Positions 39,716-50,384 of a DNA stretch of 64,000 nucleotides are shown piece by piece. Origin of the DNA: Cyanobacteriota bacterium. GTDB taxonomy: Bacteria; Cyanobacteriota; Cyanobacteriia; PCC-6307; Cyanobiaceae. The stretch is from the NCBI GenBank assembly GCA_046052125.1, contig JBJOMY010000003.1, forward strand, positions 96,001 to 160,000, in the 5' to 3' direction. The position numbers and the translations under genes were made by a program. Below the pieces are notes generated by a model. It had not been told where the DNA came from. It ran no database searches and was given only the letters and a program-made list of their open reading frames with translations. The stretch's first letter is position 1. Each line of letters opens with the position of its first letter.

Positions 39716-41440
39716 TCAGTGGCCGCCTCCTGTGTTGAACGTGATTGAGGAACTTACGGTTTCGGCCGGGCAGTGCCGGTCGCGATCCCTCACGGTGAGC
39801 AGGGTGTGCAGCAGCCCCTGCTGGCAGAGGTCGCTGTAGCGGGCTTCGATCGCCGCCTTCACCCGCTCGCAATGGCTGATCGCCCGCTCCCGGGCACCGG
39901 GCACAGCGCCGTGGTAGTCGAAACGCAGCACCACCGGGATCGGCAGACCACGCGACACGTTGAGCCCCTTGAAGATCTTCACGCCCACATCGAGATCGGG
40001 CGCCCCTTCTTCCACCGTGTCCATGTAGGCGAAGTAGGTGAGGTTGCGCAGGTGCACCTCCTTGAAGCCAATGCCCACGCCAATGAAGCGCTCGGCATGG
40101 CCGAGGTCGCTGTAGCTGCCGCCGTGGTACTGGCGCACGTAGTCGATCTGGGAGAGGTTGTGCTCGATCAGGCGAGCGATCAGCTGCACCATGCCGGCAT
40201 CGGGTGCCGACGCCGCAGCGCTGTGCACCATCTCCTGGATGCGCTCGCGGCCCTGATCGGCGCCGAGGCTGCGGGTGGCCTCGTACACGGTGTGGGCATC
40301 GAGCCAGGTTTCGAGGTTGGTGCTGCCATCGCGGCCTGGCACGTGCACCCGGATCGCATCGGTGTCGGTGTCCATGCCCACTAGCAGCAGATCCACCGAG
40401 GCGCCGCAGCAGAAGCTGTTTTCCACGGCCTGCTGGAAGTCTTTGAGGCGCTGGAGGCCTTGGGCCGCCGCGGCTTCATCGTTGCTGCCGTGGGCGGCGC
40501 AACCCTCGTGGCAGGGATCCTTGGAGCTGAAGTGATACACCACCACCTTCAGGTAGCGGGTGTCGTTGTGGGCGGGATTGGGTAGGCCTTCGCGGTAGCG
40601 GCGGTGCTCGGTTTTCACCCAGCGATTCACCGTGTTCTCCACGTCGAACATCGCGCCGGCGTGGGAGCGGCGACGCACGGAGCTGAAGGGCAGCCTCAGG
40701 GCGTAGGCGATGGCATGGGCGAGACGCCCATCGGCGCAGGGGGTGACGTCGAGCAGGTGGAAGCCGCACTCGAGCAGGAAGGCGTCGAAAGCTTCGGCAT
40801 CGCTGCTGCCGGATTGGGCGGCGAGCGGATCGTCGTTGAAGAACGAGATGCTGGTTTGCTCGTAGGCCTCGAACACGCACCAGGCAAACAGGGTGCGCAT
40901 ATCGAGCTGGCTGGTCCAGGCCGTTTCGAGCACGGGCTGGGGCAGCTCATGGCCGAGCTCAGCCACAGCTAAACGCTGGGCCTGGGCGATGAAATCCGGC
41001 TCGTGCTGCAGAGCGGAGATCCGCTTCAGCACCGGCACGATGTGATCGAAGGCGCCCAGGGTGCGCTCTTCGTAAGCCCGGAGCGCCGCGTTGGCACGGC
41101 CGTTACTGAGGGGATGCAGGCCAGCAGCGAAACGACTGCCAGTGGCTTGATCGCCTGCGGGGCGGATCACCACCTGTGTGGCCACGGGGCGAACCCTGCG
41201 GCTCGTGTTTACCACGGGCTCTGCGCTTTTGGCAGGAGCTTGGCGGCTGCTGCGGGAGTTGCCGGTGCGGGCGCGGTTCGCCAGCTCGCGCTGACGCAGC
41301 ACTTTGCTGAGCGACGAGCTGGGGTTGAGCTCAGCTGGGGTTTGGCCGGCTGGAGATTGCGGCTCCCCACTGCTGCCAACGCGGCGTCGGGGAGCCGTGG
41401 GGCTCAGGGCCCGCTCGGTGTTGGCGGTTCTCCGACGCAT
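39716..41440 (-). CDS. csoSCA: Carboxysomal carbonic anhydrase
   Basis: PCADGRL, HFS..DP.HEGCAAHGS. Confidence 0.95.
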   Translation of the reverse strand: MRRRTANTERALSPTAPRRRVGSSGEPQSPAGQTPAELNPSSSLSKVLRQRELANRARTGNSRSSRQAPAKSAEPVVNTSRRVRPVATQVVIRPAGDQATGSRFAAGLHPLSNGRANAALRAYEERTLGAFDHIVPVLKRISALQHEPDFIAQAQRLAVAELGHELPQPVLETAWTSQLDMRTLFAWCVFEAYEQTSISFFNDDPLAAQSGSSDAEAFDAFLLECGFHLLDVTPCADGRLAHAIAYALRLPFSSVRRRSHAGAMFDVENTVNRWVKTEHRRYREGLPNPAHNDTRYLKVVVYHFSSKDPCHEGCAAHGSNDEAAAAQGLQRLKDFQQAVENSFCCGASVDLLLVGMDTDTDAIRVHVPGRDGSTNLETWLDAHTVYEATRSLGADQGRERIQEMVHSAAASAPDAGMVQLIARLIEHNLSQIDYVRQYHGGSYSDLGHAERFIGVGIGFKEVHLRNLTYFAYMDTVEEGAPDLDVGVKIFKGLNVSRGLPIPVVLRFDYHGAVPGARERAISHCERVKAAIEARYSDLCQQGLLHTLLTVRDRDRHCPAETVSSSITFNTGGGH

Positions 41441-41453
41441 CTGCTGTTACCCC

Positions 41454-43817
41454 TCAGCCCCGGGCGCCGCCGGACACCGTGATCAGAGAGCCCTGATCGG
41501 TGCTGCCGCTGGAACCGGTGATTTTGCTGTTGGGAGGGGGGACTTCCTGGTTGCGCTTGTTCTGCATCCCAGGCATGCCGCTCATCGGGCCCACGCGGGT
41601 GGGGTTGCGGCGGCGGGCGGAGCTGCCTTCGGTGCCGGTCACTCTCTCACCACGGTCCCAGTCGTCGCCGGTCACCTTGGTGCCCGAACCCTCGCCGGTG
41701 ACCCGGGAGATGGCACGCGGATCCTCATCCAGGCCTACGGGAGCGGCGGAGGCTGCCGCCAGGCGCTGGCTGGCGCGGCGATCGAAGCGGAACTGCTCGG
41801 TACCGGTCACTTTGCCGGTCGCCATGTCAAAAGGGCCGGTGATTCTCCCGCCTTGCTCGTAGGTGCTTCCGGTGACGGCGCCGGTGGTCTCACGCTGCAC
41901 CTGGGCGGCGCGGGCGGGGGACTGAACGCTGAACTGCTGCCAGGCGGCTTGATTCAGGGGCTGGGGGAAATCGGCATCGCGGCTGGGGGCGGTGCCACAG
42001 GCCGCAGCCTGCTGATCAGCGCCCACGTAGGGGGTACCGGTCACGTCTTCGCAGGCGCCGCGCTCGGCGCCTGTCATCACACCACCAATGCCGGGCTGGA
42101 TGCCGGTCATGCGGTTGGAATTGCGAACGGCGGTGCGCTCGCGGGTGGCGCGCACGGCCTGGGCGTTGCAGAAATCGCCTGCTTGCTCGAGGCCTGCGTA
42201 GGGGGTACCGGTGACCACCTTGCAGGTGCCGGGCTCATCGCCGGTGACCTTCGAGGAACGGCCGGTGCGGGTGCCGCTCACCACCTGGTTGCGGTTGGTG
42301 ACGCTGAAGCCCACCTTGGCGGCCTCAGCAGCGGGGCGGGTGCCACAGAAACCGTCGAACTGCTGGCTGCCGATGTACTCATCGCCCGTCACGTTGCGGC
42401 AGCTGCCGGGCTCATCGCCGGTGACGCGCTCGCTGCGGCCCACGGCGGTGCCGGTGATGCCGGTGCCGCGCAGGGTGTTGAACGCACTCACCTTGGTGGG
42501 AGCGCGACCAGCGGCGGGAGCTTCGGCGCCGAGGTATTGATCGCCAGTGAGCTGACGGCCAGAACCGGGCTCATCGCCGGTGACCTTCTCGCTACGGCCC
42601 ACCATCACACCGCTCACGGCCTGACCGCCGAGGGTCTGGCTGCGGCCGACCTTGCGCACGGAAGGGGTGGTGTTGCCGCAGTAGGCGGCGGACTGATTCG
42701 CCGAGATGTACTCGGTGCCGGTGATGGTTTTGCAGGTGCCGGGCTCATCGCCGGTGACCTTCTCGCTGCGGCCCACTTCGTTGCCGGTGACGCGGTTGCC
42801 ATGGGTGGTGGCGCTGACGCGCACCTTGGCGGGCTGAATCGGAGCCGCGGGCTGGGTGCCGCAGAAGGTTTGGAACACTTCAGCGCCGAGATATTCGGTG
42901 CCGGTGATGGTGCGGCAGGTGGCAGCTTCGTTGCCGGTGGTCTTCACCGAACGGTTGGCCTGGGTGCCGGTGATCGTTTGGCCGGAGAGGGTTTCGCTCA
43001 CGCCCACCTTCCAGGTGGCATCGGCAGCGGCGGCTTGCTTCGAGCCGTGGCGGTTGGGGCCACTGGGACGGGTGCCGCTGTTGCGTGCGGTGCCGGCGGA
43101 ACCGGTTTTGCTCTTGAGCTCACGCACTTTCTGGGAGAGCTCGCGGGCGCTCAGATCAGGATTGATCTGGCGAGCCACAGCGGCAGGACCGGTTTTGTTG
43201 GTGCTGCTTGCTGATTTGCCGCGCTTGGAGAGCGCTTCGCGGCGGGCGAGCACCAGCGCACGGCTGGGGTTGTGCTGGGCGGAAGCCTTGCGGGCGGCAG
43301 GGCGGTTGGCGCTGCTGCTGGCGCTGGAGGTGGCGCGGCTGCTCAGCGAGAGGGTCGCAGTTTCGTTGCGTGCGGTGGACTCGGGAGCGTGCTCCTGGCA
43401 CTTGCACTTGTGCTCAGCAGCGGCCTGGGCGGGCGCTGCAGCCTTGGGAGCATCCTTGGCCACGTCGGTGCGGGTGCGATCTCTCGACTGAGAGGCACGC
43501 TTGCCGCTGCGGCTTAGGGCTTCACGACGGGCGAGCACCAGGTCGCGGCTGGGGTTGCTGACACGCTTCGGGGTGCTGCTGGTACGCGCTGCAGCGGCAC
43601 TGGGTGTGCCCAGGCTGCGGGCCGGGGTCGGAGCAGGCGACGCTGCGGGCGTGGCCACGGGTGCCGAGGGAGCGGCCTGAGTGCGGCTGGGGCGTGCATC
43701 AGCTGCAGTACGCACGCGTCCACCGCTCGCGTTCATGCGGCTGGCGGCCTTTTTGCCTCCATCGGTGAGGGCCTTACGGCGCTCCAGGGCTGCTTCGCGA
43801 CTCGATTTGGTGGCCAT
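41454..43817 (-). CDS. csoS2: Carboxysome scaffold protein
   Basis: Four N-repeats (R...L.RR.AL), six VTG-rich M-repeats, C-terminal ITVSGGARG. Confidence 0.96.
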   Translation of the reverse strand: MATKSSREAALERRKALTDGGKKAASRMNASGGRVRTAADARPSRTQAAPSAPVATPAASPAPTPARSLGTPSAAAARTSSTPKRVSNPSRDLVLARREALSRSGKRASQSRDRTRTDVAKDAPKAAAPAQAAAEHKCKCQEHAPESTARNETATLSLSSRATSSASSSANRPAARKASAQHNPSRALVLARREALSKRGKSASSTNKTGPAAVARQINPDLSARELSQKVRELKSKTGSAGTARNSGTRPSGPNRHGSKQAAAADATWKVGVSETLSGQTITGTQANRSVKTTGNEAATCRTITGTEYLGAEVFQTFCGTQPAAPIQPAKVRVSATTHGNRVTGNEVGRSEKVTGDEPGTCKTITGTEYISANQSAAYCGNTTPSVRKVGRSQTLGGQAVSGVMVGRSEKVTGDEPGSGRQLTGDQYLGAEAPAAGRAPTKVSAFNTLRGTGITGTAVGRSERVTGDEPGSCRNVTGDEYIGSQQFDGFCGTRPAAEAAKVGFSVTNRNQVVSGTRTGRSSKVTGDEPGTCKVVTGTPYAGLEQAGDFCNAQAVRATRERTAVRNSNRMTGIQPGIGGVMTGAERGACEDVTGTPYVGADQQAAACGTAPSRDADFPQPLNQAAWQQFSVQSPARAAQVQRETTGAVTGSTYEQGGRITGPFDMATGKVTGTEQFRFDRRASQRLAAASAAPVGLDEDPRAISRVTGEGSGTKVTGDDWDRGERVTGTEGSSARRRNPTRVGPMSGMPGMQNKRNQEVPPPNSKITGSSGSTDQGSLITVSGGARG

Positions 43818-43928
43818 GTCCGCCCGGCGTATGGAATGACTGGTGATGTGGCACTCCTGCCCTGTTGATGCACAGGCCTGCAGGGAGTTGCACAAAAGGA
43901 TCCGATCGTTGTGTCAACGATCAGCTCG

Positions 43929-43961
43929 AAAAAAGGTGTGGTCCCGGGTGCACCGGGACCA
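43929..43961 (-). terminator. Stem-loop terminator/attenuator between cbbS and csoS2
   Basis: Stem TGGTCCCGG/CCGGGACCA followed on the minus strand by CACCTTTTTT. Confidence 0.6.
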
Positions 43962-43979
43962 ACAGGGTGAGGCGCTGAA

Positions 43980-44321
43980 TCAGCGGCCTTCGAACACCAC
44001 GAAGCAAGCGCCTTGGCTTTGGGTGTAGGCGTCGTAGCCCACGAGGCGCACGTGGTGGTCGGGGTAAGCGCGGTGGCAAGCTTCGAGCTCGTTCACGATC
44101 ACGCTCAGATCCTTCTCGCCGAAGAAGGGCAGTTTCCAATAGGACCAGTAGGTGGCCATGGAACGGCTGGGGTGCACGTGCTCAACGAGCGGGCTCCAAC
44201 CCTGGGCAATGATGTACGCGATCTGGTCGTAGATCTCGTCCTGGGTCATCGGCGGGAGGAAGCCGAAGGTCTCCAGGGTGGCGACTGTTTGGTAGTCACC
44301 CACGGTGCTCTTGAAAGGCAT
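43980..44321 (-). CDS. rbcS: RuBisCO small subunit (Form IA)
   Basis: MPFKSTVGDYQTVATLETFGFLP. Confidence 0.97.
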   Translation of the reverse strand: MPFKSTVGDYQTVATLETFGFLPPMTQDEIYDQIAYIIAQGWSPLVEHVHPSRSMATYWSYWKLPFFGEKDLSVIVNELEACHRAYPDHHVRLVGYDAYTQSQGACFVVFEGR

Positions 44322-44402
44322 GGGGTTCCTTGAGATGGATGGAATGAATACACGGGGGGAAACAACCATCAAGTTGTTTCCCGAATCCCGTTAGCGAGAG
44401 GC

Positions 44403-45815
44403 TCAGTTGACGTCGAGCTTGTCGACGGTGTCGAACTCGAACTTGATTTCCTTCCAGGTCTCGAGGGCGATGGCCAGCTCGGGGCTGTGCTTCGCGGCTT
44501 CCATAAGGATGTCGCGCCCTTCGCGCTCGATTTCGCGACCAGCGTTGCGTGCCTTGACGCAGGCTTCGAGAGCCACGCGGTTGGCAGCAGCACCAGCAGC
44601 AGAACCCCAGGGGTGACCGTGGGTACCACCACCGAACTGGAGCACGGAATCGTCGCCGAAGATGCTCACCAGCGCGGGCATGTGCCACACGTGGATACCG
44701 CCGGAGGCCACGGCGAACACGCCGCCCATGGAGCCCCAATCCTGGTCGAAGAAGTTACCGCGGCTGCGATCTTCGGGAACGAAGGATTCACGCAGCTGGT
44801 CGATGTAGCCCAGGGTGGACTGACGATCACCTTCCAGCTTGCCCACCACGGTACCGGTGTGGAGCTGGTCACCACCGGAGAGACGCAGGCACTTAGCCAG
44901 CACACGGAAGTGGATGCCGTGCTTGGGGTGACGGTCGATCACCGCGTGCATGGCGCGGTGAATGTGGAGGAGGATTCCGTTCTTACGGCACCACTTAGCA
45001 AGACCGGTGTTGGCGGTGAAGCCACCGGTGATGTAGTCGTGCATGATGATGGGCTGGCCCAGTTCTTTAGCGAACTCGGCGCGCTCATACATCTCCTCGG
45101 GGGTCGCTGCCGTGCAGTTGAGGTAGTGACCTTTCTTCTCGCCGGTTTCCTGTTCGGCGAGCTTCACAGCTTCAGCAACGAACTCGAAGCGGTTCTGCCA
45201 ACGCTGGAAGGGCTGCGAGTTGATGTTCTCGTCGTCCTTGGTGAAGTCGAGACCACCGCGGAGGCACTCGTACACCACACGGCCGTAGTTCTTACCGCTC
45301 AGGCCGAGCTTCGGCTTGATGGTGCAACCCAGTAGGGGACGGCCGTACTTGTTCATCCGGTCGCGCTCGACCTGGATGCCGTTCGGCGGACCCATGCAGG
45401 TCTTGATGAAGGCCAGCGGGAAGCGGATGTCTTCCAGGCGCAGGTGGCGCAGGGCCTTAAAGCCGAACACGTTGCCGACCAGGGAGGTCAGAACGTTGGT
45501 GATGGAGCCTTCCTCGAACAGGTCGAGGGGATAGGCGATGAATGCGTAGAAGGATTCCTTGTCGCCAGGAACGTCTTCGATGCGGTAGCAACGGCCCTTG
45601 TAGAAGTCGAGGTCGGTGAGGAGCTCGGACCACACAGTGGACCAGGTGCCGGTGGAGGATTCAGCGGCCACAGCGGCTGCCACTTCCTCGCGGGGAACGC
45701 CTTCCTGGCCGGTGCACTTAAAGCACGCGAGCAGGTCGGAATCGAGGGGAACGTAATCAGGAGTCCAATACGTGTCGCGGTACTCCTTAACCCCAGCGTC
45801 GTACTTCTTAGCCAT
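44403..45815 (-). CDS. rbcL: RuBisCO large subunit (Form IA)
   Basis: [21 protein letters not shown]. Confidence 0.98.
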   Translation of the reverse strand: MAKKYDAGVKEYRDTYWTPDYVPLDSDLLACFKCTGQEGVPREEVAAAVAAESSTGTWSTVWSELLTDLDFYKGRCYRIEDVPGDKESFYAFIAYPLDLFEEGSITNVLTSLVGNVFGFKALRHLRLEDIRFPLAFIKTCMGPPNGIQVERDRMNKYGRPLLGCTIKPKLGLSGKNYGRVVYECLRGGLDFTKDDENINSQPFQRWQNRFEFVAEAVKLAEQETGEKKGHYLNCTAATPEEMYERAEFAKELGQPIIMHDYITGGFTANTGLAKWCRKNGILLHIHRAMHAVIDRHPKHGIHFRVLAKCLRLSGGDQLHTGTVVGKLEGDRQSTLGYIDQLRESFVPEDRSRGNFFDQDWGSMGGVFAVASGGIHVWHMPALVSIFGDDSVLQFGGGTHGHPWGSAAGAAANRVALEACVKARNAGREIEREGRDILMEAAKHSPELAIALETWKEIKFEFDTVDKLDVN

Positions 45816-45886
45816 GGAGAATCTCCGGGTGGGTCGAGGGAAATAAGTCAGAGGATGGAACGGCCCTCAGGGGCGCGTTTCAGGCC

Positions 45887-46201
45887 TCAGTCCTTCGAAC
45901 CAACGAAGCCGGCGCTGCTGTTCAGAGCAGGCTCCACTTCACGGTGGGGGCGGGCAATGATGTGAGCGGCGACCAGGCCATCACCCACGCGCTCGCAGGC
46001 ATCAGCGCCGGCACGGACGGCAGCGTTCACAGCGCCGGTTTCGCCACGGACGAGAACGGTCACATAACCGCCGCCCACGAATTCACGGCCGACCAGGCGC
46101 ACTTCGGCAGCCTTGGTCATGGCGTCAGCGGCCTCGATCGCGGGGACCAGACCCCGGGTCTCGATCATGCCGAGGGCGATGCCCATGGTTTCGTTAGCCA
46201 T
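45887..46201 (-). CDS. csoS1: Major carboxysome shell hexamer
   Basis: [17 protein letters not shown]. Confidence 0.96.
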   Translation of the reverse strand: MANETMGIALGMIETRGLVPAIEAADAMTKAAEVRLVGREFVGGGYVTVLVRGETGAVNAAVRAGADACERVGDGLVAAHIIARPHREVEPALNSSAGFVGSKD

Positions 46202-46307
46202 TACCTGCTCCTGGAGGAGGGGTGGAATGTTCGCCAGCAACCTTGCTCGGCCGTTGATCCCCCCGTCAAGCCATTTGGGGCTTTGTGACCATCAACGTCT
46301 GCTCATT

Positions 46308-46332
46308 CACTGATAAGGGCAGCTCATCAGTG
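46308..46332. promoter_or_regulatory. LysR-type (T-N11-A) operator upstream of the cso operon
   Basis: Palindrome CACTGATAAG-GGCAG-CTCATCAGTG; candidate promoter TTGACG(46269-46264)-18-CAAGGT(46245-46240) downstream on the minus strand. Confidence 0.6.
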
Positions 46333-46406
46333 CATCACAAAACTTTGGAGATGCTTCTGTCCGCGTCCGCCGATCTGGCCCCAAACGGTGGTGCACGCCA
46401 CCACGC

Positions 46407-46688
46407 TCAAAGGGGTTCGGCCTCCGACACGTACGCCACGCCACCGTAGTAACGCAGCAGTGGCGCCACCTTGTCCCGCAGCTTCTCCAGCACCTCGGGC
46501 TCGCAGTACACGATCACGTGGGCGTTGGCGCCCAGGCCGCTGAAGTCCATGCCTTCCGAGACCGCTCCATGGGGACCGCGGCCGGTGACGTGGCGCATCA
46601 CGGTGTAGCCAGGTGAGCCCGCCTGGTTGATCGCCTTGATCACGGCATCCAGCTCAGGCTCGCTCACCACAAAATCAACGCGTTTCAT
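46407..46688 (-). CDS. sbtB: PII-like regulator SbtB
   Basis: PGYTV...TGRG; directly after sbtA. Confidence 0.85.
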   Translation of the reverse strand: MKRVDFVVSEPELDAVIKAINQAGSPGYTVMRHVTGRGPHGAVSEGMDFSGLGANAHVIVYCEPEVLEKLRDKVAPLLRYYGGVAYVSEAEPL

Positions 46689-46692
46689 CGGA

Positions 46693-47688
46693 TCAACCTG
46701 CAGAAGGAATCACGCGGTTCACCAGAGCCATATAGAGAGGGATCCCCACGATGATGTTGAAGGGAAAGGTGAGTCCCAACGCGGTAGAGATGTAATAACT
46801 GGGGTTCGCTTCGGGCACGGTCATCCGCATCGCTGCCGGAACGGCGATGTACGAGGCGCTGGCGCAGAGCACCACAAACAGCAGCGCATTGCCCGGCTGT
46901 AGCCCCAGGCCGCGGGCAATCAACACACCCACCAGTGCGTTGAACAGCGGCATCAACACCGAGAAGCCGATCAAGAAGGTGCCGGCGTTGCGCAGATCCC
47001 GCAGGCGCTGGGCGGCCACGATGCCCATATCCAGCAAAAAGAAGCTGAGGGCGCCGTAGAAAAGCTTGTCGGTGAACGGCAGCATCTTTTCGAGGCTGTG
47101 GGGGCTGCTCCCTGCCGTGAGGTAGCCGATCACCAGGCTTCCCACTAGCAGATACACCGAGCCATTCAGGAAGGCCTCGTGAAGCACGGCTCCCCAGCGC
47201 ATCGGGCCTCCATCGGGGCGCTTTTGGCGGGCCGCCAATTTCACCAGCAACAGGCCCACGATGATCGCCGGGGATTCCATCAGCGCTAGCGCCGCCACCA
47301 TGAAGCCGTCATGGGGCAGTTTCTGGGTTTCCAGAAAGCTTTCGGCGGTGATGAAGGTCACCGCACTGATCGAGCCGTAGGTGGCGGCGATGGCGGCGGC
47401 ATTGAAGTTGTCGAGCTTGAGGCGCAACAGCAGAAAGCTGTAGATCGGCACCGCCAGCGACATGGCAATGGCGGCGGCGATGGTGGGCAACACCGGGCCA
47501 CTCACGCCGCTGTGCTGCAGTTCCAGGCCCCCTTTGAAGCCAATCGCCAGCAATAAATAGAGCGAGAACAGCTTTGGCAATGGCGCTGGGATCTCCAGAT
47601 CCGAGCCCACCAGAACGGCGATCACCCCAAGAAAGAAAAACAGAACCGGCGGTGTGAGCAGGTTCTGCAAGACCAGGCTCGTATCCAA
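46693..47688 (-). CDS. sbtA: Na+-dependent bicarbonate transporter (start uncertain)
   Basis: SDLEIP, IGFKGG, YGSISAVTF, ASASYIAVPA, TFPFN. Confidence 0.9.
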   Translation of the reverse strand: MDTSLVLQNLLTPPVLFFFLGVIAVLVGSDLEIPAPLPKLFSLYLLLAIGFKGGLELQHSGVSGPVLPTIAAAIAMSLAVPIYSFLLLRLKLDNFNAAAIAATYGSISAVTFITAESFLETQKLPHDGFMVAALALMESPAIIVGLLLVKLAARQKRPDGGPMRWGAVLHEAFLNGSVYLLVGSLVIGYLTAGSSPHSLEKMLPFTDKLFYGALSFFLLDMGIVAAQRLRDLRNAGTFLIGFSVLMPLFNALVGVLIARGLGLQPGNALLFVVLCASASYIAVPAAMRMTVPEANPSYYISTALGLTFPFNIIVGIPLYMALVNRVIPSAG

Positions 47689-47926
47689 GTCCGCCTCGCG
47701 GGGATCCAGCCACGCTACGCCGGGTTGTTCCATCTGTTCGCGCACGCTCACAGGCTTGGCGCGCATGGTTGATGCCCGCCGAAACCGTTCTTACGGTTGG
47801 TTGGAGGCAGGAACCCCTGGAGCTTGCTTTGGGGGGTGGAATGTTCAACCCGTCCCTGCCTCCTCAACTCACTCCCCGGCGTCTGGCTGAAGGCGACAAT
47901 GGCCCCCTTCCCCAGGCCCTTGTTTG

Positions 47927-48523
47927 ATGCGCCCCTCCGCCCCCAGGCCTGTGCTGGTGATTGCCAGCGGCAACGCCTACAAGGTGGCGGAGATCAGCGC
48001 GATGTTGGACGCCGTGGATCTTGAGGTGCGTCAGCAGCCCGATGGCCTTGAGATTGAGGAAACCGGCAGCACCTATCTGGAGAACGCGCGGCTGAAGGCC
48101 AGCGCCGTGGCCCAGCTCACCGGCCAGTGGGCTCTCGCGGATGATTCTGGGCTTGAGGTGGATGCCCTGGGCGGTGCCCCTGGCCTCTATTCGGCCCGCT
48201 ACGCCCCCACGGATCACGAGCGGATTCACCGCCTGCTGCATGAGCTGGGTCCCACGCCCTATCGCAGCGCCAGCTTCAACAGCGCCATGGTGCTGGCTGA
48301 TCCCACTGGCACTCCGGTGCTCGAGGCCCAGGGCATCTGCCGCGGCGAGATCCTCACCACCGCGGTGGGCCATGGCGGCGGCTACGACCCGATCTTCTGG
48401 GTGCGGGAAGCGGGGATGACCTACGCCCAGATGGGCCAACACCTCAAGGACAAACTGGGCTCCCGAGGGAAGGCGGCCCGCGCCCTGGCGCCAGAGCTCA
48501 AACAGTTGCTCGGCTTGGGGTGA
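47927..48523 (+). CDS. rdgB: Non-canonical purine NTP pyrophosphatase (Ham1)
   Basis: ASGN..K, ETGSTYLENA, DDSGL, PGLYSAR, YDPIF. Confidence 0.92.
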   Translation: MRPSAPRPVLVIASGNAYKVAEISAMLDAVDLEVRQQPDGLEIEETGSTYLENARLKASAVAQLTGQWALADDSGLEVDALGGAPGLYSARYAPTDHERIHRLLHELGPTPYRSASFNSAMVLADPTGTPVLEAQGICRGEILTTAVGHGGGYDPIFWVREAGMTYAQMGQHLKDKLGSRGKAARALAPELKQLLGLG

Positions 48524-48550
48524 GGTCCTCTGGGCTAGAGCGGGGTTAGC

Positions 48551-49399
48551 TCAGCGCGCGGCGCGGCGGTTGATCTGCTCCACCGCCCGCATGGCAGCGG
48601 CGGCGGCTTCCTCCACATCCCCTTCCCATCCCGCCAGGGTGAGGCGGCCGAAGGCACCCACGGCCTTCACGTCCACCACGGTGATGTTGCTGGCTTTCTC
48701 GGCTTCGTTGGCCGCCAGCAGCACATAACCGGCGGGCTCGGTTTCGAGGATGAACATGCTCATCCCCGCCTGGATCATTGAGCCGCGGCGGTTCTGGCGG
48801 TTGATCAGCACCGCGTGGTCGGGGGTGAGGGCGCGGATGATCTCCGTCCAGGTGACGCTGCAGCGGCTGCGCTGCTCCACCTGGCTGCCGATCGCCTCGA
48901 GCACCACATCACCGGAGTGGAGCACGTTGCTCTGATCGCGGTGATAGAGCGCCAGCGAGCCAAAGGCCCGCTCCACGATCATCTGGCCGAGGCGCACGGT
49001 GCTCGCCTTCAGGGCAATGTCGGTGACCCGGTGCACCGCCATGCCGGGAGACACCTCCAGCCACAGGCAGGCATCGCCCGGGATCGGCAGGAAGCCCTGG
49101 CTCACCGTTCCCATGTAGGCCGCCAATTGCGGCTGTAGGGAATCGAGAAACACGTAGGTGCGCAGCTCGATCGATTCCACCGCGCTGGCCTGGCTCACCA
49201 GCCGCGCTTCGCTGTCGGTGGTGATCACGCAGCTGGCGGCTGAAGGATGCAGCTCATCCAGCGGGGTGCCGCTGCCGCTGAATCCCAAGTTGGTACCAGT
49301 GATCTGCACTGCAGAGGAAGCTCGCCTTGGGATCCGTTGCGGCAAGGCGAAGACTGCTCTTAAATGCGGCGCGATCTTACCGCTCGGCACTGAATTCAT
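48551..49399 (-). CDS. csoS1D: Tandem-BMC trimeric shell protein
   Basis: [26 protein letters not shown]. Confidence 0.93.
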   Translation of the reverse strand: MNSVPSGKIAPHLRAVFALPQRIPRRASSAVQITGTNLGFSGSGTPLDELHPSAASCVITTDSEARLVSQASAVESIELRTYVFLDSLQPQLAAYMGTVSQGFLPIPGDACLWLEVSPGMAVHRVTDIALKASTVRLGQMIVERAFGSLALYHRDQSNVLHSGDVVLEAIGSQVEQRSRCSVTWTEIIRALTPDHAVLINRQNRRGSMIQAGMSMFILETEPAGYVLLAANEAEKASNITVVDVKAVGAFGRLTLAGWEGDVEEAAAAAMRAVEQINRRAAR

Positions 49400-49482
49400 C
49401 GCTGCGCTGATTGGCGGAGTTTCGCTGGGCTTGCGCGCTGCGTTGCAGCCGGTACCGTCCGCCAATATCTGCGAGAGAGCCC

Positions 49483-49905
49483 GTGGCCGCTAAGCGTTCC
49501 GCATCCGCCGCTTCCGCCAAAACCATCCAAGAGGGCGCTGATCTCAACGCCGAGCAGACCCTCGCACTGGTGGGCATGGGCCTGATGCAGAAGATGGCCG
49601 CCAGCGGTGAGCTGCCCTGGATGTGGAACGACGCGGAGGATGGCGGCAGCTGCGATGTAGCAGCTCTGCGCCAGCGCCTAGAGCTCACCCAGCTCGCCCT
49701 GCAGACCGGCGCTCCCCTGAGCACCGCCGAAGTGACGTATCTGATGGGCGCCCGCCCCGGCAGCGCCGAGGTGGAGCGCGGCGGTTTGCGGGCCCGCCGG
49801 GTGAGCCGCAACGTGTGGAAGCTCAGCGAAGCCCGCGGCTCCGAGGGCCGCGGTGAGGTGACATCCTTCGGCAGCTTCAACGACGGCCGCCGCCGTTTCG
49901 CCTGA
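49483..49905 (+). CDS. Conserved picocyanobacterial hypothetical protein
   Basis: [27 protein letters not shown]...RNVWKL; adjacent to csoS1D. Confidence 0.75.
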   Translation: MAAKRSASAASAKTIQEGADLNAEQTLALVGMGLMQKMAASGELPWMWNDAEDGGSCDVAALRQRLELTQLALQTGAPLSTAEVTYLMGARPGSAEVERGGLRARRVSRNVWKLSEARGSEGRGEVTSFGSFNDGRRRFA

Positions 49906-49911
49906 GCCGTC

Positions 49912-50295
49912 TCAGGGCAATTCGCCACCGGCACTGATTTCGCGATCCCAAGCGGCGATCAGCTGATCCTTCAGCGCCGCCGCCTGGGCTAGCGCCACAT
50001 CCAGCCCGCCCCACCAATTGATCAGGGCCACGGGCACTGGCATGGCGTTGCACTCCAGTTCAAACGACTGGATCGTGTCGTCGCCATCCACCAGCACGGT
50101 GATCGAAAACTCCAGCAGGCCCTGGCGCCAGGGGTGAAGGGTCACGGTGGTGACATTGCCCAGGGCGAAGCAGCCCACCTCGATTGACCACCAAGGGCCC
50201 TTGGGCTCTTTGATGGAGGTGTCGTCGGGTTGATCCACCTTGGGCCAACCGCGCTGAACCAATTGCTGCAGCAGATCATTGAGGGTCGCGCGCAT
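49912..50295 (-). CDS. Hypothetical protein
   Basis: GGAGG RBS-like sequence before the ATG; protein-like ORF. Confidence 0.5.
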   Translation of the reverse strand: MRATLNDLLQQLVQRGWPKVDQPDDTSIKEPKGPWWSIEVGCFALGNVTTVTLHPWRQGLLEFSITVLVDGDDTIQSFELECNAMPVPVALINWWGGLDVALAQAAALKDQLIAAWDREISAGGELP

Positions 50296-50384
50296 CGGCC
50301 CTCCCTCCGCAGCGGTGGTTCTGTCATGGCACTGGTGCCCTCCTGCGGGCAAGGCTTAGCCGCGGCATTCTTGGCCTAGATCCA

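Noticed and set aside
41454..43817. Repeated GCCGGGCTCATCGCCGGTGAC-like DNA as a CRISPR or other repeat array
   Set aside because: Explained by the CsoS2 M-repeats (VTGDEPG). I also did not spot a CCCAAAG slippery site by eye.
38427..46201. Near-identical DNA between csoS1E and csoS1
   Set aside because: Expected BMC paralogy
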